A DNA stretch of 64,000 bases from an uncultured Actinomycetota bacterium. GTDB lineage: Bacteria > Actinomycetota > Actinomycetes > JAHEKZ01. The stretch is from assembly GCA_963829525.1 (NCBI GenBank), contig CAWHIJ010000003.1, positions 2,217,969-2,281,968 of the forward strand, in the 5' to 3' direction. This document shows, one piece after another, positions 30,641 through 40,938 of the stretch (positions within the stretch are counted from its first letter, which is position 1; each line of letters starts with the position of its first letter). The notes under the pieces are model-generated. The model was not told the origin of the DNA. It saw nothing but the letters and a program-made list of their open reading frames with translations, and did no database searches. The position numbers and the translations under genes were made by a program.

Positions 30641-32157
30641 GGGAGGCCACCTCCGCGCAACACAACCGCCGCGGACACCTCAGCGGCTCCGGGCTGATCG
30701 AGGCCACCGAGGTCGGCGATAGTCCACGCGACCCGCAGTACGCGGTCAACACCGCGGGCGGTCAGCCGACCACGACCGACTTCATCAAGCACGACAGCTG
30801 TTCCCTCTCGGTGTACCCGGTGCGTCGAACGCAGCGCCGGACCGGGCACCTCAGCGTTGGTGGTCCAGGGCTGTCCTGCGAACCGGCGACCAGCTAGTTC
30901 TCGGGCGACGAGCACGCGCTCGCGCACGGCGGCGCTCGGCTCGCCGCCCCGGCCCTCGACGAGCTCGGCCCTGGTCACCGGAAGCACCGGCACCTGTAGG
31001 TCGACCCGGTCGAGAAGCGGGCCACTCAGCCGGGCTGCATACCGCCGTTTCTGATCCGGAGTACAGACACAGTCCAGCCCGCGGCCACTGCTTCGGCCGC
31101 AGGGACAAGGGTTCGCCGCCAGCACCAGCTGGAAGCGGGCCGGATACGTGACGGTCGCATCGCCACGTGCCAACTCGACCTCACCGCGCTCCATTGGCTG
31201 CCGAAGTGTGTCGAGCACGATCCGACTGAACTCCGGTGCCTCGTCGAGGAAGAGGACGCCGCGGTGCGCGAGGCTAACAGCCCCAGGTCTCGCAACACCG
31301 ACGCCGCCCCCGACCAGCGCAGCCGCCGACGCCGTATGGTGCGGTGCCTGATAGGGCGGCCGCACCACCATGGGTCGTTCGGGCCGCAGAGCACCGGCCA
31401 CCGAGTGGATGGCAGTCACCTCAAGAACCTGTTGCTCGGTCAGCGGCGGAAGCAGGCTGGGCAGCCTTTCGGCGAGCAGGCTCTTGCCGGCGCCGGGTGC
31501 GCCGTGGAGCAGCAAATGGTGACCACCAGCGGCCGCCACCTCAACGGCCAGACGCGGCGTCGCCTGCCCATTGACGTCTTCGAGGTCGGGACCGTCCGGT
31601 GGCACTGCGTCAGGGGAGATCGCCTCGGCCCACCGGGGCTCCCGGACGCCACGCAGAACTTCGACGACTTCGGACAGATCCGAAGCAACAGCGACTTCGG
31701 CACCAGGCACGACTGCCGCCTCACCGCCGGACCACTCGGCCACCATCAGCCGCCGACAGCCTGCGGCCACCGAAGCCAGCACCATGGGGAGAACACCGCG
31801 TACTGGCCGGACGGCCCCGTCGAGGCCGAGCTCGGCGATCAGCACCCACTCCTCGGTAGACCGCTGGGGCACCACCTCGAAGGCGGCCAAGCAGGCACAG
31901 GCGAGCGCGAGGTCGAACCCGCTCCCCCGCTTGCGCACCGAGGCCGGCGACAGGCTGGCCGTCACCTTGCACGACTTCCAGACGGCGCCACTGTTGGTGA
32001 TCGCCGCCCGCACACGATCGCGAGCATCGCGGACGGCCGCGTCTGGCAGCCCCACCAGGGTCAGCCCGGGCACCCCAGGGCTGGCATCGACCTCAACACG
32101 CACCAGCGTTCCCACAACACCGGTCAGCGTCACCGTGTATGCGCTCGCGGTGCTCAC
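30628..32157 (-). CDS. comM: YifB/ComM family Mg-chelatase-like ATPase
   Basis: Walker A GAPGAGKS, Walker B VLFLDE, and a Cys cluster NPCPCG. Start trimmed to GTG 32157, which overlaps the yraN stop (GTGA). Confidence 0.88.
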   Translation of the reverse strand: MSTASAYTVTLTGVVGTLVRVEVDASPGVPGLTLVGLPDAAVRDARDRVRAAITNSGAVWKSCKVTASLSPASVRKRGSGFDLALACACLAAFEVVPQRSTEEWVLIAELGLDGAVRPVRGVLPMVLASVAAGCRRLMVAEWSGGEAAVVPGAEVAVASDLSEVVEVLRGVREPRWAEAISPDAVPPDGPDLEDVNGQATPRLAVEVAAAGGHHLLLHGAPGAGKSLLAERLPSLLPPLTEQQVLEVTAIHSVAGALRPERPMVVRPPYQAPHHTASAAALVGGGVGVARPGAVSLAHRGVLFLDEAPEFSRIVLDTLRQPMERGEVELARGDATVTYPARFQLVLAANPCPCGRSSGRGLDCVCTPDQKRRYAARLSGPLLDRVDLQVPVLPVTRAELVEGRGGEPSAAVRERVLVARELAGRRFAGQPWTTNAEVPGPALRSTHRVHREGTAVVLDEVGRGRLTARGVDRVLRVAWTIADLGGLDQPGAAEVSAAVVLRGGGLPWAV

Positions 32158-32510
32158 CCGACCGCCCCGCGAACGTGTTCGATCTCCGGGTCGCCGAAGC
32201 CCAGCACAATGCCGACGAGGTCGATACGAATCTGGAGAGGATGGACGTCGTGCGCGTGAACCCAGCACGCCGCCAACCGCCGAAGCCGGGCAGCCTTCGC
32301 CGTTGTCACCGCCTCAAGAGGGCTGCCAAATCGCCGGCTGCTACGCGTCTTCACCTCGCAGATGATCAAGGTGTCACCGTCCCTGGCAACGATGTCGACC
32401 TCGCCAACGTCGCAGCGCCAGTTTCGGTCCAGGACGATGAGTCCTTGGGCGATCAGGTGAGCCGCAGCCAGCTCTTCCCCGAGTCGGCCCCGTGCGTCTT
32501 TCGCACGCAT
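32154..32510 (-). CDS. YraN family (UPF0102) endonuclease-like protein
   Basis: GEELAAAHL ... RNWRC ... GEVDIVARDGDTLIICEVKTR pattern. ATG 32510 is preceded by GGAGGTG. Confidence 0.85.
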   Translation of the reverse strand: MRAKDARGRLGEELAAAHLIAQGLIVLDRNWRCDVGEVDIVARDGDTLIICEVKTRSSRRFGSPLEAVTTAKAARLRRLAACWVHAHDVHPLQIRIDLVGIVLGFGDPEIEHVRGAVG

Positions 32511-32628
32511 GAGCACCACCTCCACCCGAAGGAGGGTGGTCGGCTGGCTCGACAGAACTCCGGTGTCGCCCCCGGATTGGGGAGAAGTGGGCTACCGCTT
32601 CGCTGTGGATGGAGAGGGTGACGCGAGG

Positions 32629-32949
32629 TCACGCCGAAGGAAGCGTCCCTGGATCAAACTCCGACGGCACAGTCTCCTCGACGTTGACGTCCTTGAAGGT
32701 CAGCACCCGCACCTCACGGATGAAGCGGGTTGGCCGGTAGAGGTCCCACACCCAAGCGTCATTAAGCCGCACTTCAATGTAGGCATCGGACCCATCGACT
32801 GGTCTGACCTGCACGTCGACGGCGTTAGCGAGGTAGAAGCGGCGATCGGTCTCCACTACGTACCTGAACAGCGAGACCACATCGCGGTACTCCCGGTAGA
32901 GGGCGAGCTCGAGCTCGGCCTCGTACCGCTCGAGATCTTCAGCGCTCAT
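32629..32949 (-). CDS. DUF2469 domain protein
   Basis: 106 aa (MSAEDLERYEAELELALYREYRDVV ...). Conserved actinobacterial neighbour of rnhB. Confidence 0.8.
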   Translation of the reverse strand: MSAEDLERYEAELELALYREYRDVVSLFRYVVETDRRFYLANAVDVQVRPVDGSDAYIEVRLNDAWVWDLYRPTRFIREVRVLTFKDVNVEETVPSEFDPGTLPSA

Positions 32950-33009
32950 TGGTACGCCTCGCTCCTCACCACGTTCTAGCGGCGATTTGTTCGCGTCGCG
33001 CGGGCTCCA

Positions 33010-33384
33010 TCACCCGCCAGGAAGGATGAGACAAAAGGGGTGGTCCTCCGGATCGAGGTACACCCGAAAGAGGGTGCCCGGCTGCACCGCGTGCTTGCGG
33101 GCGCCCAAGGCCAACACTGCCGCCTCGCCGACATCGAGGTCATCGAGCTCGAAGTCGAGATGCTCTTGCTGAGGGTGCTCTTGGCCTGGCCACTGCGGAG
33201 GTTGGTAGTCGTCGACCCGCTGGAACCCCAACGTCGCACCGACGTCACTTCTGAGAGCAACCCAGTCACCGTCAGAGGCGCCCTCGTCGATCGGCCAGCC
33301 GGTGATCGCCGAGTAGAACTCCGCAAGGGGGCGCGGCTCCCGGCAGTCGACGGCAGTCCACGCAAGTCGGCCTATTCGATTCAT
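33010..33384 (-). CDS. VOC (glyoxalase/bleomycin-resistance) family protein
   Basis: 124 aa, single VOC module (WTAVDCREPRPLAEFYSAITGW ... HLDFELDD). Confidence 0.7.
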   Translation of the reverse strand: MNRIGRLAWTAVDCREPRPLAEFYSAITGWPIDEGASDGDWVALRSDVGATLGFQRVDDYQPPQWPGQEHPQQEHLDFELDDLDVGEAAVLALGARKHAVQPGTLFRVYLDPEDHPFCLILPGG

Positions 33385-33529
33385 GGCAGGCAGTATGGCA
33401 CCTTCATGGTCGGCGGTTATCAGCGTTTTGGCGGCACCTGGCTGCAGACCCGGGTCGCGATGGTTTGCGTCTGTCGCAGTAACTCTGGCATGCCGTGGAC
33501 CACATCGTCGATGCTGCCCGGTTCATGAA

Positions 33530-34240
33530 CTAGAGGCTCCAGCTTCGGCGGTGATGATCACAGGGACCGTGTACTCGAAGTTGGTCGCGATGGTGGTCGG
33601 ATGCATAGCCTTTGTTCGTGTCCCACCCGAAGTGAGGGTGCGCGCCGGCAAGATCGACCATCATCGCGTCCCGCGTGGTTTTGGCCAGGACGCTCGCTGC
33701 CGCCACCGACGCACACGTCAGGTCCGCCTTGACCTGGGTCACCACAGGCGGGACGGAAAGCACGGGCCAGGGCGGGGATGCCTTCACGTTACTGTCGCCG
33801 GCTTCACTGGCCCCGAGCTCCCAGAGCCCCGGTTCCTCCGTTGGCAACACGGTCCCCTGATGAGTCAGCCAGTCGAAGGACCCGTCGAGCAAAAGGAGGT
33901 CCGGCGCAAGTTCAAGGTCGGCCAGCGCCCGCAGACCAGCCAGCCGGAGTGCGCTGGTCAGTCCCCACTCGTCGATCTCCTCTGGAGCCGCATGCCCGAC
34001 AGCGCTGGCTCGGACCCATCGGTGGATCACCGGCACGAGTGCCTCGCGACGAGCGGGAGACAGGAGCTTGCTGTCTGCCAGCCCCGCCGGAACGCGACCA
34101 ACGTTGGCGTCGATCACCACAACGCCCACAGACACCGGACCCGCAAGTGCGCCACGCCCGACCTCGTCGCACCCGGCCAATAGCTGGACACCGCCACGCA
34201 ATATCGATCTCTCCCGACGCAGCGAAGGGCGGGTGATCAT
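33530..34240 (-). CDS. rnhB: Ribonuclease HII
   Basis: LAGCDEVGRGALAGPV active-site motif. The start overlaps the NUDIX stop (ATGA). Confidence 0.92.
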   Translation of the reverse strand: MITRPSLRRERSILRGGVQLLAGCDEVGRGALAGPVSVGVVVIDANVGRVPAGLADSKLLSPARREALVPVIHRWVRASAVGHAAPEEIDEWGLTSALRLAGLRALADLELAPDLLLLDGSFDWLTHQGTVLPTEEPGLWELGASEAGDSNVKASPPWPVLSVPPVVTQVKADLTCASVAAASVLAKTTRDAMMVDLAGAHPHFGWDTNKGYASDHHRDQLRVHGPCDHHRRSWSL

Positions 34241-34728
34241 GGCATCACCGCCGGGCCGACCTCGACCGGCGCGCTCGGCGGTCCGTCGCGGAGGAGCAGG
34301 TGCAGCTGGTCGGCGATATCCGGCGGGGCTACCAGCTCCTCCAACTCCCTCAGTTCAGCGACCGAGAACCAACGGTGCCCGGATAGGTAGCGACGTTCCA
34401 GCGGGGTCTGGCGCGAGTCGTCGACTTCGTGACTGCCCACCCGAGCGAAGTAGAACACCTCGTCCTGGTCATAGACCACGCCATCGAAGGAGAACTCAAA
34501 ACGCCTCGTCCAGACAAGGGGACCGGGAACGGTGAGCTCAAGACCGACCTCCTCGGCCAGCTCGCGGACCGCCGCGTGCTCGGCAGTTTCACCCGGGTCG
34601 ATCCCACCCCCCGGCGTGTGCCAGACGGCTGGCCCTGGACGCTGCGGGTCACCGCCACGGAGAAGCAGGACGCGATCGTCGGCGTCAACGAGAACAACGC
34701 GCGCCGACGATCGCCGGACGGGGGACAC
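34237..34728 (-). CDS. NUDIX hydrolase
   Basis: Nudix box GGGIDPGETAEHAAVRELAEEVG. The start is uncertain: GTG 34728 was chosen, and the track ORF starts at TTG 34788. Confidence 0.8.
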   Translation of the reverse strand: MSPVRRSSARVVLVDADDRVLLLRGGDPQRPGPAVWHTPGGGIDPGETAEHAAVRELAEEVGLELTVPGPLVWTRRFEFSFDGVVYDQDEVFYFARVGSHEVDDSRQTPLERRYLSGHRWFSVAELRELEELVAPPDIADQLHLLLRDGPPSAPVEVGPAVMP

Positions 34729-34822
34729 GGCGCCCAGCCTATCGACCAGAGCCGAGGACAACGGCCGTGCAAGCCGACACCATTCCAAAACCCCTTACCG
34801 TCATGCTGCATTGGAGCAAACG

Positions 34823-35515
34823 CTATGAGACATCGTCGAAGGCCGAAGGGCGGTCGACCAGTGCCCAATGACCGAAGGGCCAGACGATCGCGACGGTTCG
34901 CCCCTGGATGTTGTCCTCCGGGACGAAATGCTCGAGGCCCTTCTGGCAACGAGAGTCCTCGGAGACCGCTCGATGATCACCCATGACCCACAGATAACCG
35001 GCAGGAACCGAAACCTCAAACTCCCCAGAACACCCTTGGGGTGCGTCGCTTGGGCTGTTCCCCGGGTACAGGTACTTCTCCTCGACCGGTGTGCCGTTCA
35101 CCGTGATCTGGCCGTCAGGAGAGCAGCAGGCGACTGTGTCGCCCCCGACACCGATGACCCGCTTGACGAGATCCCCCTCGGCAGGATCTGGGGCTAGTCC
35201 TACGAACTCCAGAGCTCGCCGAACGGGATTGGACTCCGACTGCGCGTCCGGCAGCCAAGTGCCTGGATCACTGAACACGACAACATCACCGCGGTCGACT
35301 GTTCCCCAACGTGTGTAGAGCTTGCTGACCACAATCCAGTCGTCTTCCTGCAACGTCTGTTCCATGGAGCCGGAGGGGATGAAGAACGCCTGGGCAATGA
35401 ATGCACGGACGAAGGCCGAAACGACGAGTGCGACGACCACGACGAGCAGGAGCTCGACGAACCAGTGCGTCTTCCGTCTGGAGGAGACGCCACTATGGGT
35501 GCCGGACTTTGTCAT
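34823..35515 (-). CDS. lepB: Signal peptidase I
   Basis: N-terminal TM segment. Catalytic boxes IPSGSMEQTL, GDVVVF, KRVIGVGGD, and GDHRAVSEDSR. Confidence 0.9.
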   Translation of the reverse strand: MTKSGTHSGVSSRRKTHWFVELLLVVVVALVVSAFVRAFIAQAFFIPSGSMEQTLQEDDWIVVSKLYTRWGTVDRGDVVVFSDPGTWLPDAQSESNPVRRALEFVGLAPDPAEGDLVKRVIGVGGDTVACCSPDGQITVNGTPVEEKYLYPGNSPSDAPQGCSGEFEVSVPAGYLWVMGDHRAVSEDSRCQKGLEHFVPEDNIQGRTVAIVWPFGHWALVDRPSAFDDVS

Positions 35516-35626
35516 GTGATCTCCCGAGAAATCCGCCGCCGAGGCGCTGACCTCACACTACGGCCCGGGAGCAGAAGGGGCTGGCGCGAATCGCTGTCTG
35601 GGTTCTGCCCGAACGCTTACGGCGTG

Positions 35627-36397
35627 CTAGTTCGAGCTCGACTCCTTGTCGATGGGTTCATCGCTCTGCGCCGCATCGATTGCGTCGTTGTCGATGGTGT
35701 CAGGGCGCGTGAGGAGCCCGGCTTCTGAGAACGGCCAGATGATGACGAAAGCCCGACCCACGACGCTCTCGACGGGGATCGCGCCACCTCCTGGGTCGCC
35801 GATGTGAGCCCGGGAGTCAGAAGATTCTGCGCGATGGTCTCCCATCACCCACACCCTGTCGGCGGGGACACGCACATCGAAAGGATCGTTGGAGGGCTTG
35901 TTCCCCTCGAAGAGGTAGGGCTCTTCGATCGGTATGCCGTTGACGGTGATCCGGCCCTCTTTGTCGCAGCACTTGACCCGGTCGCCTGGCAACCCGATCA
36001 CACGCTTGATGTAGTCCTTCTCGGTGGGGCTGGCGAAGCCGAAGACGCCAGCCACCGACTGCAGAACTCTGGTGACCGGGTTACTGGGCTCGGCAACCTG
36101 GATCTCCGGATCCCAGGAGTCGACACCGTTGAAGACGATGACGTCGCCACGCTGGATGTCGCCCAGGTCGTACGCAAGCTTGTTGACCATCACCCGGTCG
36201 CCGACCTGGAGGGTCGTCTCCATCGAACCGGAGGGGATGTAGAAAGCCTGGATGAGAAACGTCTTGAGCAAGAAAGCCAGACCGAGCGCAATCACGACGA
36301 GTATGGGCAGCTCGCGCCAGAAGGATGAAGGGCGCTTCTGCTTCGGCGTCGCGGACTCAGCCACGTCGACGGAAGGGTTTACCGCGTCCGCCGTCAC
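35627..36397 (-). CDS. lepB: Signal peptidase I (second paralogue)
   Basis: [33 protein letters not shown] start overlaps the rplS stop (GTGA). Confidence 0.9.
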   Translation of the reverse strand: MTADAVNPSVDVAESATPKQKRPSSFWRELPILVVIALGLAFLLKTFLIQAFYIPSGSMETTLQVGDRVMVNKLAYDLGDIQRGDVIVFNGVDSWDPEIQVAEPSNPVTRVLQSVAGVFGFASPTEKDYIKRVIGLPGDRVKCCDKEGRITVNGIPIEEPYLFEGNKPSNDPFDVRVPADRVWVMGDHRAESSDSRAHIGDPGGGAIPVESVVGRAFVIIWPFSEAGLLTRPDTIDNDAIDAAQSDEPIDKESSSN

Positions 36398-36753
36398 TGG
36401 CCGCTGGACGCCTCGCGGCGCTCCTTGATCTTCGCCGCCTTCCCTCGCAGATCGCGCAGGTAGTAGAGCTTGGCGCGCCGGACGGCACCGCGGGTGAGGA
36501 CCTCAATCTGTTCGATCACCGGGGAGTGCACCGGAAAGGTTCGCTCGACACCGACGCCGTAGCTCACCTTGCGGACGGTGAAGGTCTCACGGACGCCACC
36601 GCCTGAGCGTCGGATGACGACACCCTGGAAGATCTGGACACGACTCTTGTTTCCCTCGATGACCCGGACGTGGACCTTCAGGGTGTCACCGGGGCGGAAG
36701 TTGGGGATATCGCTGCGCAGCGACGCTGCGTCGAGGGAGTCGAGCGTGTGCAT
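36394..36753 (-). CDS. rplS: 50S ribosomal protein L19
   Basis: Start trimmed to ATG 36753 ([40 protein letters not shown]). Confidence 0.95.
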   Translation of the reverse strand: MHTLDSLDAASLRSDIPNFRPGDTLKVHVRVIEGNKSRVQIFQGVVIRRSGGGVRETFTVRKVSYGVGVERTFPVHSPVIEQIEVLTRGAVRRAKLYYLRDLRGKAAKIKERREASSGQ

Positions 36754-36894
36754 TGGGCTCTCCTTCGGCTGCCACAGGTCAACCGAGCGTGGGTCAGCGA
36801 CGGCGACGAACGCCGTGCGCATCACGGGATGAACAGAATGCCTACGGCGCGCGGTGCCCCCTGTGGCAGGAACGACACACGACGAACGGCCTGC

Positions 36895-37702
36895 TTAGTC
36901 TGCCACAGGGCCGGGCATCGACCGAAATCGACCGTCCGCGACAGTCCAGCCATTCTCGCTGAGTACGTCGAGGTCCCGTGCGTCCAGCTGACCCGGTTCC
37001 ATGCGCTCGATGAGATCGGGCCGAACACCTGCCGTTCGTCGGAGCGAAGCATCCCGCCGCCACCGGGCGATAGCACCGTGATGACCCGAGAGCAGAACTT
37101 CTGGGACGTCGAGGCCCCGCCACGAAGCCGGCTTGGTGTACGCCGGCGCCTCGAGCAGTCCGTCGGCATGCGACTCGTCGGTCAGCGAGTCCTCATTCCC
37201 CACGACACCGGGCAACAGGCGGCCAACGGCCTCAATTACTGCCAACGCAGCGACCTCACCACCGTTGAGCACGTAGTCGCCCAGCGAGACCTCGCGAACG
37301 CGGAACCGTGAGGCGGCGTCCTCTGCGACCCTTGCGTCGATGCCCTCGTAGCGGCCGCAGGCAAAGACCAACCAGTTCTCCGCAGCCCATTGCTCAGCCA
37401 GCCGTTGGGTGAACGGCTCCCCCGCCGGGCTCGGGACCACCAGCAGGGGGTCGTCGGCTTCGCGCGAGGCTCTGACATGGTCGAGGGCCGCACCCCAGGG
37501 CTCGGCCCGCATCAGCATCCCCGGTCCCCCGCCGTACGGGGTGTCATCCACCGTGCGGTGCCGGTCGTGGGTGAAGGTCGCGCAGATCATGCACGCTGAC
37601 CTCGAGCGCGCCGTCGCGGCGCGCCTTACCCAGCAGCGACAGGTCAAGGACATCGAAGTAGGCAGGGAAGATCGTGACCACGTCGACGTACACGCCGATC
37701 AC
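36895..37702 (-). pseudogene. trmD: tRNA (guanine37-N1)-methyltransferase, frame broken near 37575
   Basis: GTG 37702 (GTGA overlap with the rimM stop) gives [42 protein letters not shown]. An extra C in gac-c-ttc then shifts to the frame of ORF 36895..37653 ([20 protein letters not shown] ...). Span is 808 nt, which is 3n+1. Confidence 0.85.
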
Positions 37703-38238
37703 CCCACCGTCAGGTCGAGCAGGCCGTCTGGGAGGTCGACGACGATGCGACCACCGGCGACGTCGACCTCGGGTACGAGTGCCCCGACGAAGGGAATCAT
37801 GACGCGCCGACCATCGACCCGGGCAACCATGAGCAGATCTTGAGCGCCATGGACAACGTCGGTGACGCTGCCCAGAGTGGTGCCGCTACGGTCAACGACC
37901 CTCAGGCCGACGAGCTGGTGGTCGTAGAACTCATCGGGATCGTCGGGGGCCTCATCGGGGTCGACGTCGGTGGACAACAGCACACCTCGCAACGCCTCGA
38001 CGACGGTGCGGTCGCCGACTTCGGCGAAGTGCAGAAGCAGCCGACCGCTGTGCCAGCGGAAGTCCTCGACGGTCAGCTGAGGGTGGTCCGCGTGGTCGGT
38101 GGACAACACGGTTCCTGGCGCGAAGCGCCGATCGGGCTCGTCGGTGCGTGACTCGACGTTCACGTCACCACGGACGCCGTGTGGGCGTCCGATCCGACCC
38201 ACGACGACCTGCACCGGCTCAGCGCCTCTCGTGGTCAA
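37699..38238 (-). CDS. rimM: 16S rRNA processing protein RimM
   Basis: VVVGRIGRPHGVRGDV motif and a PRC barrel at the C-terminus. The start is either TTG 38238 or GTG 38214. Confidence 0.9.
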   Translation of the reverse strand: MTTRGAEPVQVVVGRIGRPHGVRGDVNVESRTDEPDRRFAPGTVLSTDHADHPQLTVEDFRWHSGRLLLHFAEVGDRTVVEALRGVLLSTDVDPDEAPDDPDEFYDHQLVGLRVVDRSGTTLGSVTDVVHGAQDLLMVARVDGRRVMIPFVGALVPEVDVAGGRIVVDLPDGLLDLTVG

Positions 38239-38253
38239 GAACGATGGGCAACC

Positions 38254-38496
38254 TCAGCGAGATCCCGCGGAGTCCATGAAGTCGACACGGCACCGGCGTC
38301 GGGCCAACGCGTCGACAACGGTTCGCACCGACGACGCCGTGCGTCCACCGCGGCCGATCACCCTACCGAGGTCGTCGGGGTGAACCCGAACCTCGTAGAG
38401 ACGGCCGCCGCGGCGCTGCTCGCGCAGCTGCACCTGGACATCGTCTGGGTGGTCGACGATGCCCCGGACCAGGTGGTCGAGTGCCTGCTCGATCAT
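38254..38496 (-). CDS. KH-domain RNA-binding protein (YlqC family)
   Basis: 80 aa. GRVIGRGGRT KH motif. Conserved position between rpsP and rimM. Confidence 0.88.
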   Translation of the reverse strand: MIEQALDHLVRGIVDHPDDVQVQLREQRRGGRLYEVRVHPDDLGRVIGRGGRTASSVRTVVDALARRRCRVDFMDSAGSR

Positions 38497-38535
38497 TGGC
38501 TCGGTGGGGTCTCGGCGACCGCGTCTGCGGTGGCG

Positions 38536-39102
38536 TCAGTCGGGGCATCTGCGGCTGGCGTCAGCAACGACCTCTGCTGCGGGCTCGGCAGCTGGCTCAG
38601 CGACGTCAACTGCTGGTGCCTCGGCAACAGGCTCCGAAGGCGCATCGGCGGCCTTCTCACTGGAAGCTTCAGCCTCTGGGGCTGCCTTCTCGCTGGAGAC
38701 GTCAGCCTTCGGGGCTGCCTTCTTCTTCGCCTTGGGGGTGGTGGCTGCCTTCTCATTGAGGCCGGCCGCCTCCTTGGCGGCTGCCTCGAAGACCGCCTTC
38801 TTGTCAGCCTTGGGCTCGGCCACGAGCATCGCAGGCGGAGCCGGCTCGCCCTTGAAGGCCTGCCAGTCGCCGGTGACCCGGAGAATGGCCGCGACAGCCT
38901 CGGTCGGCTGGGCGCCAACGCCGAGCCAGTACTGGGCGCGCTCGGAGTCGACCTGGATGCGCGAGGGGTTCTCGACCGGGTGGTACTGGCCGATCTCCTC
39001 GATGGCCCGGCCATCGCGTGCGGTGCGGGCGTCAGCGACGACGATGCGGTAGTGCGGTTCGCGCATCTTGCCGATGCGCTTGAGCTTGATCTTGACAGCC
39101 AC
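38536..39102 (-). CDS. rpsP: 30S ribosomal protein S16 with an Ala/Lys/Glu-rich C-terminal extension
   Basis: GTG 39102 gives (M)[28 protein letters not shown] lies upstream. Confidence 0.92.
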   Translation of the reverse strand: MAVKIKLKRIGKMREPHYRIVVADARTARDGRAIEEIGQYHPVENPSRIQVDSERAQYWLGVGAQPTEAVAAILRVTGDWQAFKGEPAPPAMLVAEPKADKKAVFEAAAKEAAGLNEKAATTPKAKKKAAPKADVSSEKAAPEAEASSEKAADAPSEPVAEAPAVDVAEPAAEPAAEVVADASRRCPD

Positions 39103-39230
39103 GGTTGGGCGAGCTCCTGGTTCTGGTGGGTTCTGCGCTGACATCTGGCGTGGGGTTGCCCGTGTCATCGCAAAGGGACTCGGCGGTGCAAAGCGGTTGA
39201 GAGGGCCGCCTGCCCGTCGGGTTCAACAGG

Positions 39231-40826
39231 TCAGTCTGCCAGAGGAGCCGCCGCCTGCCCAAACCGCCTCAGCGGCCGAGCAGATCGGTAAAGGCATCCG
39301 GCAGCTCGGTCAGGGTGTTGGGCGGCGCATCGGCTGGGCACCGGCGTCATCTCGGACTGCGCCGTCGGCGGCCTGCTGGGCGCGCTTGGCGGGGTTACCA
39401 CTGACTCGTCCCTTCTTGCCCTTGGCACCCTTCTTGCCTTCTTGGGGCGCCCGCCGGCTGGGCCGCCACCCAGGCCGCCCGGAAGCCCTGGCATTCCGGG
39501 CATCCCTGGAATCCCGCCGCCCTTGGCCATCTGGCTCATCATCTTGCGCGCCTCGAGGAAACGGTTGACCAGCTGGTTCACGTCGCTGACCTGGGTGCCC
39601 GACCCCGAGGCGATGCGCTGCCTACGCGAGGCGTTGAGGACTTTGACGTCAGCCCGCTCACCCGGGGTCATCGACTGGATGATCGCCCTGATGCGGTCGA
39701 ACTCTCGGTCGTCGAGGTTGGCGATCGCCTCCTTGTGCTCACCCATCCCCGGGAGCATCCCGAGCAGCTTGCCGATCGAGCCCATCTTCTGGACAGCCTG
39801 CAGCTGCGCCAGGAAGTCGTCGAGGGTGAAGTCGGTGCCTGTCGCGAGCTTGGTCGCCATCTGCTCGGCCTGGTCGGCCTCGAAGACCTTCTCGGCCTGC
39901 TCGATCAAGGTGAGCAGGTCACCCATGTCGAGGATCCGTGAGGCCATCCGCTCGGGGTGGAAGACGTCGAAGTCCTCGAGCTTCTCGCCGTTGCTGGCGA
40001 ACATGATCGGCTTGCCGGTTACCCCGCGCACCGAGAGCGCGGCGCCACCGCGGGCGTCACCGTCGAGCTTGGTCAGCACGACGCCGTCGAAGCCGACACC
40101 GTCCAGGAACGCCTGGGCGGTAGCCAGTGCGTCCTGGCCGATCATGGCGTCGAGGACGAAGAGCACCTCGTCGGGCTGAACGGCGTCGCGGATCTGCCGC
40201 GCCTGCTGCATCATCTCTTCGTCGATACCAAGTCGTCCGGCTGTGTCGACGACGACGACGTCGTACATCTTCTCGTTGGCGTAACTGATGGCGTCTCGAG
40301 AGACGAGCACGGGGTCGCCGACGCCACTGCCTGGCTCCGGCGCGAAGACCGCGACTTCAGCTCGCTCCCCCACCACCTGCAGCTGCTGTACGGCATTGGG
40401 ACGCTGCAGGTCCGCTGCGACGAGAAGCGGCTGGTGGCCCTGACTCTTCAGCCAGAGCGCCAGCTTTCCGGCGAGGGTCGTCTTCCCGGCTCCCTGCAGC
40501 CCGGCCAGCATGATCACCGTCGGCGGGGTCTTGGCGAACCGAATGCGTCGCGTCTCGCCGCCGAGGATTCCGACGAGCTCCTCGTTGACGATCTTGACGA
40601 TCTGCTGTGCCGGGTTCAGCGCCTGCGAGACCTCGGCGCCCTTGGCCCGCTCGCGAACAGCAGCAATGAAGTCCTTGACGACCGGAAGAGCGACGTCTGC
40701 CTCGAGCAGGGCGACCCTGATCTCGCGCAGCGTCGCGTCGATATCGGCGTCGGACAGCTTGCCCTTGCCGCGCAGGTTCTTGAACGTGGCGGTCAGGCGG
40801 TCCTGGAGCGTGGTGAACACGGGCAA
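39231..40826 (-). CDS. ffh: Signal recognition particle protein Ffh; the 3' tail is frame-disturbed
   Basis: NG domain (GLQGAGKTT, DTAGR) and a Met-rich M domain. After about 39437 the called frame gives non-Ffh residues. The expected KKGAKGKKGRVSGNPAKRAQQAAD and the terminal ELPDAFTDLLGR (stop 39269) lie in the other two frames. Confidence 0.88.
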   Translation of the reverse strand: MPVFTTLQDRLTATFKNLRGKGKLSDADIDATLREIRVALLEADVALPVVKDFIAAVRERAKGAEVSQALNPAQQIVKIVNEELVGILGGETRRIRFAKTPPTVIMLAGLQGAGKTTLAGKLALWLKSQGHQPLLVAADLQRPNAVQQLQVVGERAEVAVFAPEPGSGVGDPVLVSRDAISYANEKMYDVVVVDTAGRLGIDEEMMQQARQIRDAVQPDEVLFVLDAMIGQDALATAQAFLDGVGFDGVVLTKLDGDARGGAALSVRGVTGKPIMFASNGEKLEDFDVFHPERMASRILDMGDLLTLIEQAEKVFEADQAEQMATKLATGTDFTLDDFLAQLQAVQKMGSIGKLLGMLPGMGEHKEAIANLDDREFDRIRAIIQSMTPGERADVKVLNASRRQRIASGSGTQVSDVNQLVNRFLEARKMMSQMAKGGGIPGMPGMPGLPGGLGGGPAGGRPKKARRVPRARRDESVVTPPSAPSRPPTAQSEMTPVPSRCAAQHPDRAAGCLYRSARPLRRFGQAAAPLAD

Positions 40827-40938
40827 CCTTCGGGTGTGCGGGTGGTCCTACGAGGGTAACGGTTGCGCGTCGTCCCTCATCGCACCCTCATCGCCCAACT
40901 GCCGCATTCGGCTCACCAGAGGGGTTCTTGAACACCAC

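Noticed and set aside
30628-32268. Long N-terminal extensions in track ORFs (comM 32268, CoA-transferase 20302, ALDH 8276, mutM 49353, rpsP 39168, rplS 36825 and others)
   Set aside because: The extensions are Arg/Pro-rich and overlap upstream genes or hairpins. Family-typical N-termini with SD motifs or GTGA/ATGA overlaps lie further in.
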